From: a virus
Taxonomy: Duplodnaviria > Heunggongvirae > Uroviricota > Caudoviricetes
Length of the DNA stretch: 41,440 nt
IMG/VR virus record: IMGVR_UViG_3300037245_003487
Coordinates: 1 to 41,440 of that record
Reading direction: 5' to 3' (one strand)
The notes beneath the pieces were generated by a model. The model did not search any database, was not told the origin of the DNA, and worked only from the letters and a program-made list of their open reading frames with translations. Both the position numbers and the translations under genes were made by a program. This document shows, one piece after another, positions 25,334 through 33,734 of this stretch. Position 1 is the first letter of the stretch. Every line of letters starts with the position of its first letter.

Positions 25334-25582
25334 TTAATTTTCTAATAATTGTTTAATTCTTACTATTTCACCTTGTTTTTTATCAATAAGCTTATAATAT
25401 ACATTTAATTCATTTATATATATATCTACATTATCTATATTTATATCAGATCTTAATTGATATTCTAATTCATATAAATAATTTACTATTTTCTGTTGTC
25501 TTTGTTTAATTTCTTGCTTTAATTTATTTTCCATTTCTTTATACTTCCTTATATAGATATTTAATAAAGTCCATTCATACAA
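25334..25582 (-). CDS. coiled-coil hypothetical protein
   Basis: 82 aa; true start uncertain. Confidence 0.6.
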   Translation of the reverse strand: MYEWTLLNIYIRKYKEMENKLKQEIKQRQQKIVNYLYELEYQLRSDINIDNVDIYINELNVYYKLIDKKQGEIVRIKQLLEN

Positions 25583-25587
25583 ACAAA

Positions 25588-25627
25588 CATTTAATTATTA
25601 AAGTCAATACAATTGTTAATTATTCGG
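25588..25627 (-). repeat. 40-bp dispersed repeat, copy 3
   Basis: Contains TTGACT on - strand; stop of 25616..25942 lies inside. Confidence 0.75.
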
Positions 25628-25942
25628 TTCTATGGAATTTTCATATATATAAATCTTTTCAGGAATACAATTAAATAATTTATATAGCCAGTTCACGCAA
25701 ATAGTTAAATTTTGTTTATTTGTTATATAACGACAATCATCACAACTATATTTATGTTCAAATTTTAATATATGTAAAGATTTTTTTTTTAATCTTTTAT
25801 CAGATACTATCAATTTTTTATTAAGATTATTTTTTTTAATAAATTTATCTACACTGTTATAAAATATAGTTGTATTATATTCAAAAAACATATCATATTC
25901 ATTATTCATTGCACCATATTTTATTTTAATTTCATGCTTCAT
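25616..25942 (-). CDS. paralog family C protein
   Basis: LIVSDKR...LTICVNWLYKLFNCIPEKIYIY. Confidence 0.8.
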   Translation of the reverse strand: MKHEIKIKYGAMNNEYDMFFEYNTTIFYNSVDKFIKKNNLNKKLIVSDKRLKKKSLHILKFEHKYSCDDCRYITNKQNLTICVNWLYKLFNCIPEKIYIYENSIEPNN

Positions 25943-26151
25943 TTTTTCACCTCTTTTAATTCTAATTGAATTTTTAAAACTTTAATTTCATCATGTAAAA
26001 CATCGTTTAAAAGCTTGCAGCCTTTATTATTAATATTTAAATCAACTATACGATCTTTCAAGATCTCATTATCATTATTTAATCTCGAATTCCCAATTAT
26101 AAACACTACTAAAAAACTAATTAAAATAAATATAATTGCTCCAGCCATCAA
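25939..26151 (-). CDS. single-TM coiled-coil protein
   Basis: N-terminal TM; GAGGT SD. Confidence 0.7.
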   Translation of the reverse strand: MMAGAIIFILISFLVVFIIGNSRLNNDNEILKDRIVDLNINNKGCKLLNDVLHDEIKVLKIQLELKEVKK

Positions 26152-26504
26152 ATTACCTCTTTATTATTATAAGTTATTTCATAATATTGATATATATAAA
26201 TATTATCAGGAACCTTTTTAAATAATTTATCAAATTCTTCTTTACATAATGAAATTAATTGATCTGTTTTCTCTGATATATAATAATATAATTTATCCTC
26301 TTTATATTGAAAAAGTCTTAATTTATCAATTGATTTGCTTTTAAATTCTTTATCTGATATAATTAAATAGTCTTTTAATAAGTTTAATTTTTTAATATAA
26401 AATATATTATCATTAAACATTTTTATCTTTTTACCGTTAATTTGAATTGATAAATTGCCAAATTCATTTAAATAAAATATTGATTTAATATACATTTTTG
26501 CCAC
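26148..26504 (-). CDS. paralog family C protein
   Basis: LIISDKE...ISLCKEEFDKLFKKVPDNIYIY. Confidence 0.8.
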   Translation of the reverse strand: MAKMYIKSIFYLNEFGNLSIQINGKKIKMFNDNIFYIKKLNLLKDYLIISDKEFKSKSIDKLRLFQYKEDKLYYYISEKTDQLISLCKEEFDKLFKKVPDNIYIYQYYEITYNNKEVI

Positions 26505-26513
26505 CTCTTTATT

Positions 26514-26570
26514 ATTATATCAAAATAAAATTATATTGCAAGTCTTTTTTACTATTTATTACTATTTATT
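26514..26570 (-). promoter_or_regulatory. sigma70-like promoter with tandem AATAAATAGT upstream
   Basis: (AATAAATAGT)x2...TTGCAA-N16-TATAAT with TG extension. Confidence 0.65.
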
Positions 26571-26620
26571 AATAAGCTTAATAAACAGAATTAAATTAAT
26601 AATCCTGAATATAAAACCGA

Positions 26621-26821
26621 TTAAATTAAATTCTTATTCATATGTAATTGATCATTTTTTATATCATATATAAAATCGAAATATTTAGCGAATCTATCTA
26701 ATACATTAGTATAGACTCCATTTTCAAATTCATTATCATTAAATACATAACAATTACTATCCTGGTTTATAACATCTTCAATGTTTACTTCTGTAAAATA
26801 TTCTTTTAAAAATTCATTCAT
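26621..26821 (-). CDS. hypothetical protein
   Basis: 66 aa, AAAGGAG SD. Confidence 0.7.
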   Translation of the reverse strand: MNEFLKEYFTEVNIEDVINQDSNCYVFNDNEFENGVYTNVLDRFAKYFDFIYDIKNDQLHMNKNLI

Positions 26822-26977
26822 TTAATTGACTCCTTTATATTTGCTCAATATCCATATAATAATTAAACTTAAAATAAAAAATATAATAGTATACATTAGC
26901 CACCTCTAAAAATTTTACTTAATCCAGTAATTAACAGTAACAAAACTATACACATAATAATAAAAAAATCTACCAAA

Positions 26978-27148
26978 TTAAACCACCTTTTTTAAATCAT
27001 TTAAATTAACTGAATTCTTTTTATTTATTAAACTGATAACATATTTAATATTATTATCAATTACTTTTAAAAATTCCCAATAATTTAATACAGGATCTTT
27101 AAATATTTTAAAATTATCCTGTTTATCTTTATAATGTATTATTATCAT
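26978..27148 (-). CDS. hypothetical protein (56 aa)
   Basis: AAAGGTGGTG SD; not in track. Confidence 0.6.
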   Translation of the reverse strand: MIIIHYKDKQDNFKIFKDPVLNYWEFLKVIDNNIKYVISLINKKNSVNLNDLKKVV

Positions 27149-27165
27149 AATTCACCACCTTTTTA

Positions 27166-27417
27166 TTAAAATGAATTTTGCCTATACCAATTAGGATAAA
27201 CATTTTTATCTTTAAATTGCACATAAAATTTAATAGAATCATAATAAGGCTTACTCATTCTAATATTAATATAATTCATATCATTTCTTGATATTGCATT
27301 ATCTTCTACGGTGATCGCTTCTTTCATATTTTCACATTCAAAAACTAATTTATTTATTTTTCCCTTTGCAGGTCCCCAACCTGACATAAATTTATCATTC
27401 ATTGTAACATAGATCAT
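27166..27417 (-). CDS. hypothetical phage protein
   Basis: YVTM.DKFMSGWG.A...NKL...C pattern. Confidence 0.8.
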   Translation of the reverse strand: MIYVTMNDKFMSGWGPAKGKINKLVFECENMKEAITVEDNAISRNDMNYINIRMSKPYYDSIKFYVQFKDKNVYPNWYRQNSF

Positions 27418-27436
27418 AATTCACCACCTTTAAATT

Positions 27437-27787
27437 TTAATCAAATAAACCATATAAAATTAAATCACTTGCAAAAAATAAAATAACTTGTAAATTATTT
27501 AATTTATTTTTACCTTCACAATATTTTTTACAATAATTATGATTATCCCCAATAAAAGAATCAATACTTTCTTTATTTTCCCGATATGCTTCAATTAAAT
27601 CATTCAATGATAAATTATAAGTCTTTTTTTTATCAAGTCCAGGATTATCCTTTAAAACATATTCAGGATAATACATATAAAAATCTATCCAGGTATCATT
27701 ATTTAATTTTTTTCTCATATCAAAATCAACTATCAAATAACCTTCATTTATACAAGTATCCAAATCAATATCAGTTCCAAAAATCAT
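27437..27787 (-). CDS. hypothetical protein
   Basis: 116 aa, GGAGG SD. Confidence 0.75.
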   Translation of the reverse strand: MIFGTDIDLDTCINEGYLIVDFDMRKKLNNDTWIDFYMYYPEYVLKDNPGLDKKKTYNLSLNDLIEAYRENKESIDSFIGDNHNYCKKYCEGKNKLNNLQVILFFASDLILYGLFD

Positions 27788-28143
27788 TTTTTAACCTCCT
27801 TTATTGTAACACCGCCATTATAAGCCATATTATATTCAGTCTGTAAATATAATGCGTTTTCATGATCATCAGTTCGATCAATTTCCTCACCTTTCCACAT
27901 TAAAATATATTCCATATTTAAACCACCTTTAAATTCTTTTATTTTCTCATTTAATATAATTCTCTCACAAGAAGAACAATATAAATAATTGCCTATTCTT
28001 TGATCTTGCCTTTTAACTGGTATTCTAAATGATGGAATATGAATTAATTTATCTTTGTTAAATTCTTTTTTACAGCAATCGCAAGTCAAAAATTCAAATG
28101 TTTGATAGATTTTAACAGTTTTTATTAATTTAGTTACAATCAT
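27784..28143 (-). CDS. Zn-ribbon protein fused in frame to a second small domain
   Basis: CDCC/CSSC; internal SD AAAGGTGG plus ATG at 27915. Confidence 0.7.
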   Translation of the reverse strand: MIVTKLIKTVKIYQTFEFLTCDCCKKEFNKDKLIHIPSFRIPVKRQDQRIGNYLYCSSCERIILNEKIKEFKGGLNMEYILMWKGEEIDRTDDHENALYLQTEYNMAYNGGVTIKEVKK

Positions 28144-28229
28144 ATTAAACCACCTTACAAATTAAAATTACACCTAATAAGATCAATAAATTAATCCCTT
28201 TTACAATAAATATTATTTTTAATTCCATA

Positions 28230-28481
28230 TCAGATCCTTACAAGCCTTTTAATAATATCAGTATTTAATAAGTTTAAATTCTTGCCAATATTATTTTTTA
28301 CTGCTGCTTTCATTTTTTCCATACTTTCAAAATATAATATCTTTTCCTTACCTAAATTTATTATACTTTCAAATAATTTGCCAGCTCTTTTCTCTTTTAC
28401 AGTTATAGGAATAGATATAGTTTCGTATTTATACCTATAGCTATTTGACAACTCTATAATATTTACTTGTATCAATTTCAT
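28230..28481 (-). CDS. hypothetical protein
   Basis: 83 aa, ATGA overlap. Confidence 0.7.
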   Translation of the reverse strand: MKLIQVNIIELSNSYRYKYETISIPITVKEKRAGKLFESIINLGKEKILYFESMEKMKAAVKNNIGKNLNLLNTDIIKRLVRI

Positions 28482-28735
28482 TCTTGATCCCCTTTATAAT
28501 TTGCATGTAAATATTTATCACTTCTTTTAATTAAATCATAGTTTTTATATACAAAATAATCAAGATACTCTTTACACTCTTTTAACCCTATTTTTCTATT
28601 AAATATTTCATTTCTAAAAAACTTTATTATAAATATTCTACAGCTAGTAAATTCATGAAATAAATTTCCATTCATTAAAAATAATATCATTTTTTTATAA
28701 AATAAAAATGCAAAAAATAATTTAATATTTTTCAT
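28478..28735 (-). CDS. hypothetical protein
   Basis: 85 aa; IGLKECKEY helix. Confidence 0.7.
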   Translation of the reverse strand: MKNIKLFFAFLFYKKMILFLMNGNLFHEFTSCRIFIIKFFRNEIFNRKIGLKECKEYLDYFVYKNYDLIKRSDKYLHANYKGDQE

Positions 28736-29106
28736 TTTTCACCTACTTTTTTTTTATTTGAGTCTAAAAATTTCTGTATACTTTCTTTTAGTGTAGGAGC
28801 TAAATTATCTGATTTAAAAGACCATCTAACTACAGAACTTGTATTATCTACTACTTGACACATATAAAATCCACCGTGTTTAGGATATATTATTTCTTTC
28901 TCATAATATCTTTTACTATCTGGAAATATTTCTTTTAATCTTTCAATTTGTTTAGAATTCATATTTGAAAAATCTATATTTTTACTTATAAGCTCTCTAC
29001 CTTCTTTAATAGGCTTGTCCTTGTAATGACTCCACATATTAACAGTAAAATTAGGTATTTTTCTAATTGATAAATTATTATCATCTATGATTTTTAAAAC
29101 ATTCAT
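28732..29106 (-). CDS. hypothetical phage protein
   Basis: 124 aa, AAAGAGGTGAT SD. Confidence 0.8.
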   Translation of the reverse strand: MNVLKIIDDNNLSIRKIPNFTVNMWSHYKDKPIKEGRELISKNIDFSNMNSKQIERLKEIFPDSKRYYEKEIIYPKHGGFYMCQVVDNTSSVVRWSFKSDNLAPTLKESIQKFLDSNKKKVGEK

Positions 29107-29134
29107 GATATCACCTCTTTAATTAAGTTAATTT

Positions 29135-29176
29135 ATATTATCATTATAATTATATCATGTCAATATAAATTTTACT
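29135..29176 (-). promoter_or_regulatory. sigma70-like promoter
   Basis: AGTAAA-N7-TTGACA-N17-TAATAT with TG extension. Confidence 0.65.
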
Positions 29177-29182
29177 ATTTTT

Positions 29183-29413
29183 TTAAATTCTTTGGAATTC
29201 CTCAATATATTGTCGAGATCCATTTTTAAAGAAATATGGTTTATTTTCTTTTTTCCCATTGGTATAATATATTTTATTTACTCTCACTTGATCGACTTTA
29301 TCATTTAATATATTACAAGTCTTAATATGATCATCTATTATATCAATTATACCAATTGAAAGCCCGATCCCTTCAGTTTTAATTGCTTTAATTCCTCTGT
29401 TATCTATTATCAA
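29183..29413 (-). CDS. hypothetical phage protein
   Basis: 76 aa; KPYFFKNGSRQYIEEF. Confidence 0.7.
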   Translation of the reverse strand: MIIDNRGIKAIKTEGIGLSIGIIDIIDDHIKTCNILNDKVDQVRVNKIYYTNGKKENKPYFFKNGSRQYIEEFQRI

Positions 29414-30060
29414 ATTATTTCACCTCTGCCATTAAATTTATATTCGTTTGCTTGTAAAGTTTCAATTATTGCTTCAGTACTTACCAGACAATCATAATTT
29501 TCTTCAAGTTGTTTATATAACCATTTACACAAATTCCTTATTTCGATTTCAAGTTCTTGAATTCCTTCATATTGACTAGAATGATTATTATAAATTTCAA
29601 TACCAATAGAATTGTAATGGTAATAATGATCGTTATGAGTAATTTCTGATTCCAATTTATAGAAGTTTAATTTTTGAATTTTACTCAAATTTAAAACTAT
29701 TTCATGAAGTTCTTCATCATGTGGCGCAAATTCTTTTATATTTTTATAACTACCTTGTTTATAATCATAATAACCAGTAAAACAAGCTCCGTCTCCTTGA
29801 CTTGAAAATCCAGAAAAATAAATATTTTTAACTTTAATTCCTATAATATCACATATATTCTTAAAATCTTCATATATAAAATCAAACCAGTCATGATTTG
29901 TATTTATATCATGATAATTCTCTAATATCAATTGTCTTAATTCCTCACTACAATTATCAATAGTATATTCTTTTTTAAGATCAATAAAATTATTGTCACC
30001 TTGATCAATTGGAAGATCTATTAATTCACCTTCCAAAGTTTTTAATTTAATCATTTCCAT
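29410..30060 (-). CDS. conserved phage/mobile-element protein with FSGFxSQGDGACF motif
   Basis: DWFDFIYEDF...IYFSGFSSQGDGACFTG...LYKQLEENYD...ANEYKF. Confidence 0.75.
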   Translation of the reverse strand: MEMIKLKTLEGELIDLPIDQGDNNFIDLKKEYTIDNCSEELRQLILENYHDINTNHDWFDFIYEDFKNICDIIGIKVKNIYFSGFSSQGDGACFTGYYDYKQGSYKNIKEFAPHDEELHEIVLNLSKIQKLNFYKLESEITHNDHYYHYNSIGIEIYNNHSSQYEGIQELEIEIRNLCKWLYKQLEENYDCLVSTEAIIETLQANEYKFNGRGEII

Positions 30061-30103
30061 TTTATACCTCTTTTTAATTTTAAGCTCTTACGAACTTTAT
30101 TAA

Positions 30104-30129
30104 AATGACTGATAATTAAACCAGTCATT
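30104..30129 (-). terminator. hairpin, probable terminator
   Basis: AATGACTGGT-TTAATT-ATCAGTCATT then TTAATAAA; weak U-tract. Confidence 0.55.
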
Positions 30130-30158
30130 AAAATAAAATCAATAACTCTTAATAACTA

Positions 30159-30284
30159 TTAACAAGTTATAAGGCTTTTAACTTTTCTTTCCTTTCTTCG
30201 TTGCTTTATTCTCTGTTTAATCATTGCCTTTTTTCTAAATTCATCTTTCATATTTTCATAATTCTTTTGACTTGTTTTTTTCAT
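30159..30284 (-). CDS. 41-aa highly basic peptide
   Basis: GAGGTAG SD; KQRIKQRRKERKVK. Confidence 0.55.
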   Translation of the reverse strand: MKKTSQKNYENMKDEFRKKAMIKQRIKQRRKERKVKSLITC

Positions 30285-30560
30285 TTAAACTACCTCTTTA
30301 AAAGTTTTATTATATTCATTTTTAAATTCATCTTCATTCAATCTGATAGAATGATCTCTATCAATAGAATTTAAATGTTTTCCCGTTGTAATATTCCAAT
30401 AATTTTTTATAATCCTTAATTCACCTTTACTTTCAAAAGCAATTAGAGTTTCATAAGAATAATAAAATAAATTCCCTTGCCCATCTTCAAAACATAAAGA
30501 ATTAATTCCATAATTAGCACTTGATCCTTGACAGTAATTAAAAAATTTTGGTAATTTCAT
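30285..30560 (-). CDS. hypothetical phage protein
   Basis: YYSYETLIAF...NYW..TTGKHLN.ID pattern. Confidence 0.8.
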   Translation of the reverse strand: MKLPKFFNYCQGSSANYGINSLCFEDGQGNLFYYSYETLIAFESKGELRIIKNYWNITTGKHLNSIDRDHSIRLNEDEFKNEYNKTFKEVV

Positions 30561-30570
30561 ATAATTCCCC

Positions 30571-30810
30571 TTATTTATAATATATATCAGACTTTTCGAA
30601 GTCTATTTTACTTATTAGATCTTTTTTTGCTTTTTTAATATCATTACTTGAAAATGCAATATTATAAGCCTGGTGATCTGTTATTTCTCCACTTCTATTA
30701 TATTCATCAATAAAAAAACTAAATTCCGTTGTAATAACACAATGATCATTGTTTAAAATTACCTGATCATTAATATAGATAAATTTTGTTTTAATTTCTT
30801 TAAATGTCAT
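30571..30810 (-). CDS. hypothetical protein
   Basis: 79 aa, GAAGGTGG SD. Confidence 0.7.
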   Translation of the reverse strand: MTFKEIKTKFIYINDQVILNNDHCVITTEFSFFIDEYNRSGEITDHQAYNIAFSSNDIKKAKKDLISKIDFEKSDIYYK

Positions 30811-31184
30811 TTCTTACCACCTTCATTATAAATTTCCTCTGCTTCATTAATAGCTTTTAAATATTTACTTTGTAGATTTTTATTTAGGAATTTACTAATA
30901 ATATGTTTTTTACTTATTCCCAAGTTAAAAGCCGTTAAGGCTGCAAACTTTACATTATTATAATGATTTTTAAAACTACCATTATTTTTAAGTTCATCTT
31001 CTTTTATTGCAAGATCTTCTATACTATCAAGTATAATAAATAATAATTTTTCAATGCCATAATAATTAATATACATTTTTCGACCCTTCGTAAAGTATCT
31101 ACTTACTATATATATTTTATTATCATGTACAAAAGCAAGCTTTAAACCTGCACTGTTAAATAAGTCATTGTTCTTAATTTCCAT
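30807..31184 (-). CDS. hypothetical protein
   Basis: 125 aa, first gene after promoter 31215. Confidence 0.75.
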   Translation of the reverse strand: MEIKNNDLFNSAGLKLAFVHDNKIYIVSRYFTKGRKMYINYYGIEKLLFIILDSIEDLAIKEDELKNNGSFKNHYNNVKFAALTAFNLGISKKHIISKFLNKNLQSKYLKAINEAEEIYNEGGKK

Positions 31185-31214
31185 AATTTACCTCTTTATA
31201 TTTAATCTACTGTT

Positions 31215-31266
31215 ATTATATTACTTTATCGGTATAAGTCAAGTATTATTTTACTATTTTTTACAT
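31215..31266 (-). promoter_or_regulatory. sigma70-like promoter
   Basis: ATGTAA-N5-AGTAAA-N7-TTGACT-N16-TATAAT. Confidence 0.7.
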
Positions 31267-31286
31267 ATTTTTTCATATTTATACAT

Positions 31287-31326
31287 AAAAAAGCTTATAG
31301 CCAATATTATCAATGGTTATAAGCTT
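31287..31326 (-). terminator. rho-independent terminator
   Basis: AAGCTTATAACCA-N10-TGGCTATAAGCTT then TTTT; one mismatch. Confidence 0.65.
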
Positions 31327-31612
31327 AAATATTTATTTTATATATTTATATATTTTTCAATTAAATTCCTTGTTTTTATAATACACTCTCATTCGCATAA
31401 AATGACACCTACAATCAAAATTAATATATTTGATAGAATAACATTAAACTTTAATACTTATTCATTACAACTATCATTTTTAATTGCTAACTATGTGTTA
31501 ACTTAGTTTAATTAAGATCGCATTAAATCATATATTTTCAAACTATGAGAAGAATTTCTCCAACTCCGACTGCTGGGCTGGCGAAATTAAAAAATCCGAG
31601 CTTATTAATAGC

Positions 31613-31849
31613 TTATATACTATTATATATATCATTGATTATCTGGATCTTTTCTTTGATATGTTTAATTTTTATATCATACTCCAGTACACAATTAGCT
31701 GATTTTATTACCTTGAATATTATATCTCGACCATTTTTGTATTTATTATAGTCATTTTCAAGGCAATATTCAAAAGCCTTCTTTAATTGTTCATCTTTTG
31801 ACAACTGTTCATTTAAAGCGTTTAATTTATTTGTGAAAATACTTGACAT
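31613..31849 (-). CDS. hypothetical protein
   Basis: 78 aa, AAGGAG SD. Confidence 0.7.
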   Translation of the reverse strand: MSSIFTNKLNALNEQLSKDEQLKKAFEYCLENDYNKYKNGRDIIFKVIKSANCVLEYDIKIKHIKEKIQIINDIYNSI

Positions 31850-31962
31850 ATTATACTCCTTTTATATGAAATATACATAAGAAAAATTAAGAGAATCGCT
31901 GTGTAAAAATCGTAAAATTTGATATTTCCCAATTCTTAAAAAACATATTATGAAATTCCTCT

Positions 31963-32337
31963 TTAAAATATATCATAATCAGCTCTTTGCTCTCTATCAT
32001 CAAAAGCTTTTTCATCATCATAAGATTCAAAGCAATCATTGCAATAATAACCTTTTTCAAGTTCAGTCATACTTTCAATTCTTTTAAACGTACCACACTT
32101 TATACATTCTTTTACAGTTGTATCAGTAAGGCATTCCATGAAGCCATCATTGTTATCATATAACTCTATGCTGTCATTAGTACATTTTTCATCTTTATTA
32201 TGATTACAGTTATTATTTACGCATATAATATTTACTAATTTACTCATTTTCACCTCCCTTACATATTTTGGTTTATAAAGCCTGTCTGGATCTTCCCATA
32301 TGACAGGCTTAAAATTACTTATCCAGTGTTTAATCAT
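31963..32337 (-). CDS. Cys-rich (zinc ribbon) protein, probable internal start at 32247
   Basis: C..NNC.HN....C, CIKCG, CNDC; GGAGGTGA SD before ATG 32247. Confidence 0.7.
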   Translation of the reverse strand: MIKHWISNFKPVIWEDPDRLYKPKYVREVKMSKLVNIICVNNNCNHNKDEKCTNDSIELYDNNDGFMECLTDTTVKECIKCGTFKRIESMTELEKGYYCNDCFESYDDEKAFDDREQRADYDIF

Positions 32338-32641
32338 TTGGATATTTAAATAAAGTTCTTTCTTTAAAAACTACTTTGAAAAAATTAATCAACTTATCGG
32401 GCAAGGTAAAATTATACTTATCATTTAAATATAACCAAGCTTTATATATCCCACAACATAAACTTACTACAATAAGCATTATTATTATAAAAATAAATAC
32501 CATGCCTCCCATAAGAGTTATACCTATTATCATAATAACATCAAGAATCTTAATTTCCACACTACCATTAGAATGATATTCCAGCCAATAAACAAAAACA
32601 GCACTAATAAACCCTAATAATAACCATATAAATAAACCCAT
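32330..32641 (-). CDS. 2-TM membrane protein
   Basis: Hydrophobic segments, GGAGGT SD. Confidence 0.75.
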   Translation of the reverse strand: MGLFIWLLLGFISAVFVYWLEYHSNGSVEIKILDVIMIIGITLMGGMVFIFIIIMLIVVSLCCGIYKAWLYLNDKYNFTLPDKLINFFKVVFKERTLFKYPND

Positions 32642-32643
32642 AA

Positions 32644-32892
32644 TTAAACCTCCAGTATTTCAAGTGCTTTAAGCATTTTAGCTAACACTTGTATGTTTTT
32701 TGCTATGTTATCAGAAAAAGAAATAGAATCATGGAATATTAACTTTTCTTCATGTTCCATATCTCTATCATTATCTGATATTCGTAATATAACATAATTT
32801 GGATATATGTCAAGTATAATTGAATATCTTTTTTCTATTCTCATATTATACTTAAATACTATCTCTGCAACTTCCATTAAAAATATTATCAT
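32644..32892 (-). CDS. hypothetical protein
   Basis: 82 aa, TAATG overlap. Confidence 0.7.
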   Translation of the reverse strand: MIIFLMEVAEIVFKYNMRIEKRYSIILDIYPNYVILRISDNDRDMEHEEKLIFHDSISFSDNIAKNIQVLAKMLKALEILEV

Positions 32893-33347
32893 TAATTTTC
32901 CTTTATCGTTATTGTAAATTGTTGCTCTTGCTTTTCTTTATATCTGTTATTATATTTATCTACCCGATCTCTTAATTTATAATCTTTTATTTCCTCTATA
33001 AGTAAATTATTATGATATTCTCTATTTTTAATATCATTTTCCAAATTAACTATTTTAATTTTTAACTTTTCATTTGTAGTTCTATAAACATTAATTTCCT
33101 TAATATCTTGATATGAATTTTCGGGTTCTTTTTTGTTAATCCTCGCATCTTTTAATTTTTCTATATAACTATAATTATCATTACATTGCTGTTTAAATAA
33201 TTCAATTCCCTTAACTTCTTTTTCTAGATCATCTATTTTATACTTTTGACAAATAGAACCTATAAACCCCACTAAACTCATAAACCCTATAACAATAAAA
33301 ATCAAACAAAATACTCCAAAATTTTCATCATTCATACTAACCTCCAA
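32892..33347 (-). CDS. single-TM coiled-coil protein
   Basis: N-terminal TM then heptad-rich region; true start probably the second Met. Confidence 0.7.
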   Translation of the reverse strand: MEVSMNDENFGVFCLIFIVIGFMSLVGFIGSICQKYKIDDLEKEVKGIELFKQQCNDNYSYIEKLKDARINKKEPENSYQDIKEINVYRTTNEKLKIKIVNLENDIKNREYHNNLLIEEIKDYKLRDRVDKYNNRYKEKQEQQFTITIKEN

Positions 33348-33534
33348 TAATTTTATTTTTTATTTCATTATCACATGATACTCTTTGATTATTATGGCGA
33401 TCCATAATATAGAGAATATCATCTTTTGATAACTTTTCCGTACTATCTAAAAAATTTACAAATGATATATTTTCATTATATACAGTTTTCCAAATTTTCT
33501 CAATAAATTCAACTATCCTTTTCCCTGCTGTCAT
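33337..33534 (-). CDS. hypothetical protein
   Basis: 65 aa, ATGA overlap. Confidence 0.65.
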   Translation of the reverse strand: MTAGKRIVEFIEKIWKTVYNENISFVNFLDSTEKLSKDDILYIMDRHNNQRVSCDNEIKNKIIGG

Positions 33535-33734
33535 TTTAACTCCTTAAATTGTTCTTTAATGTGATTTATAAGTAATTTCATTATTTTAGGTATTCCCCAA
33601 AAAACATTTAACCACTTATAAAAAACTTTTTTAGTTTTATAATACTCATTATCTACTTGACATAATAATACAGTAAGTACACCAGTATAATAACAAGAAA
33701 TAATTAAACTTGTAAAAAATATTAAATTAAACAT
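33531..33734 (-). CDS. small membrane protein
   Basis: N-terminal TM; directly follows the transglycosylase. Confidence 0.7.
   Translation of the reverse strand: MFNLIFFTSLIISCYYTGVLTVLLCQVDNEYYKTKKVFYKWLNVFWGIPKIMKLLINHIKEQFKELK

Noticed and set aside
24441-25627. Possible CRISPR-like array from the 40-bp repeats or the 24.1-kb repeats
   Set aside because: Intervals are hundreds of bp and hold ORFs, identity is low, and no cas genes are present
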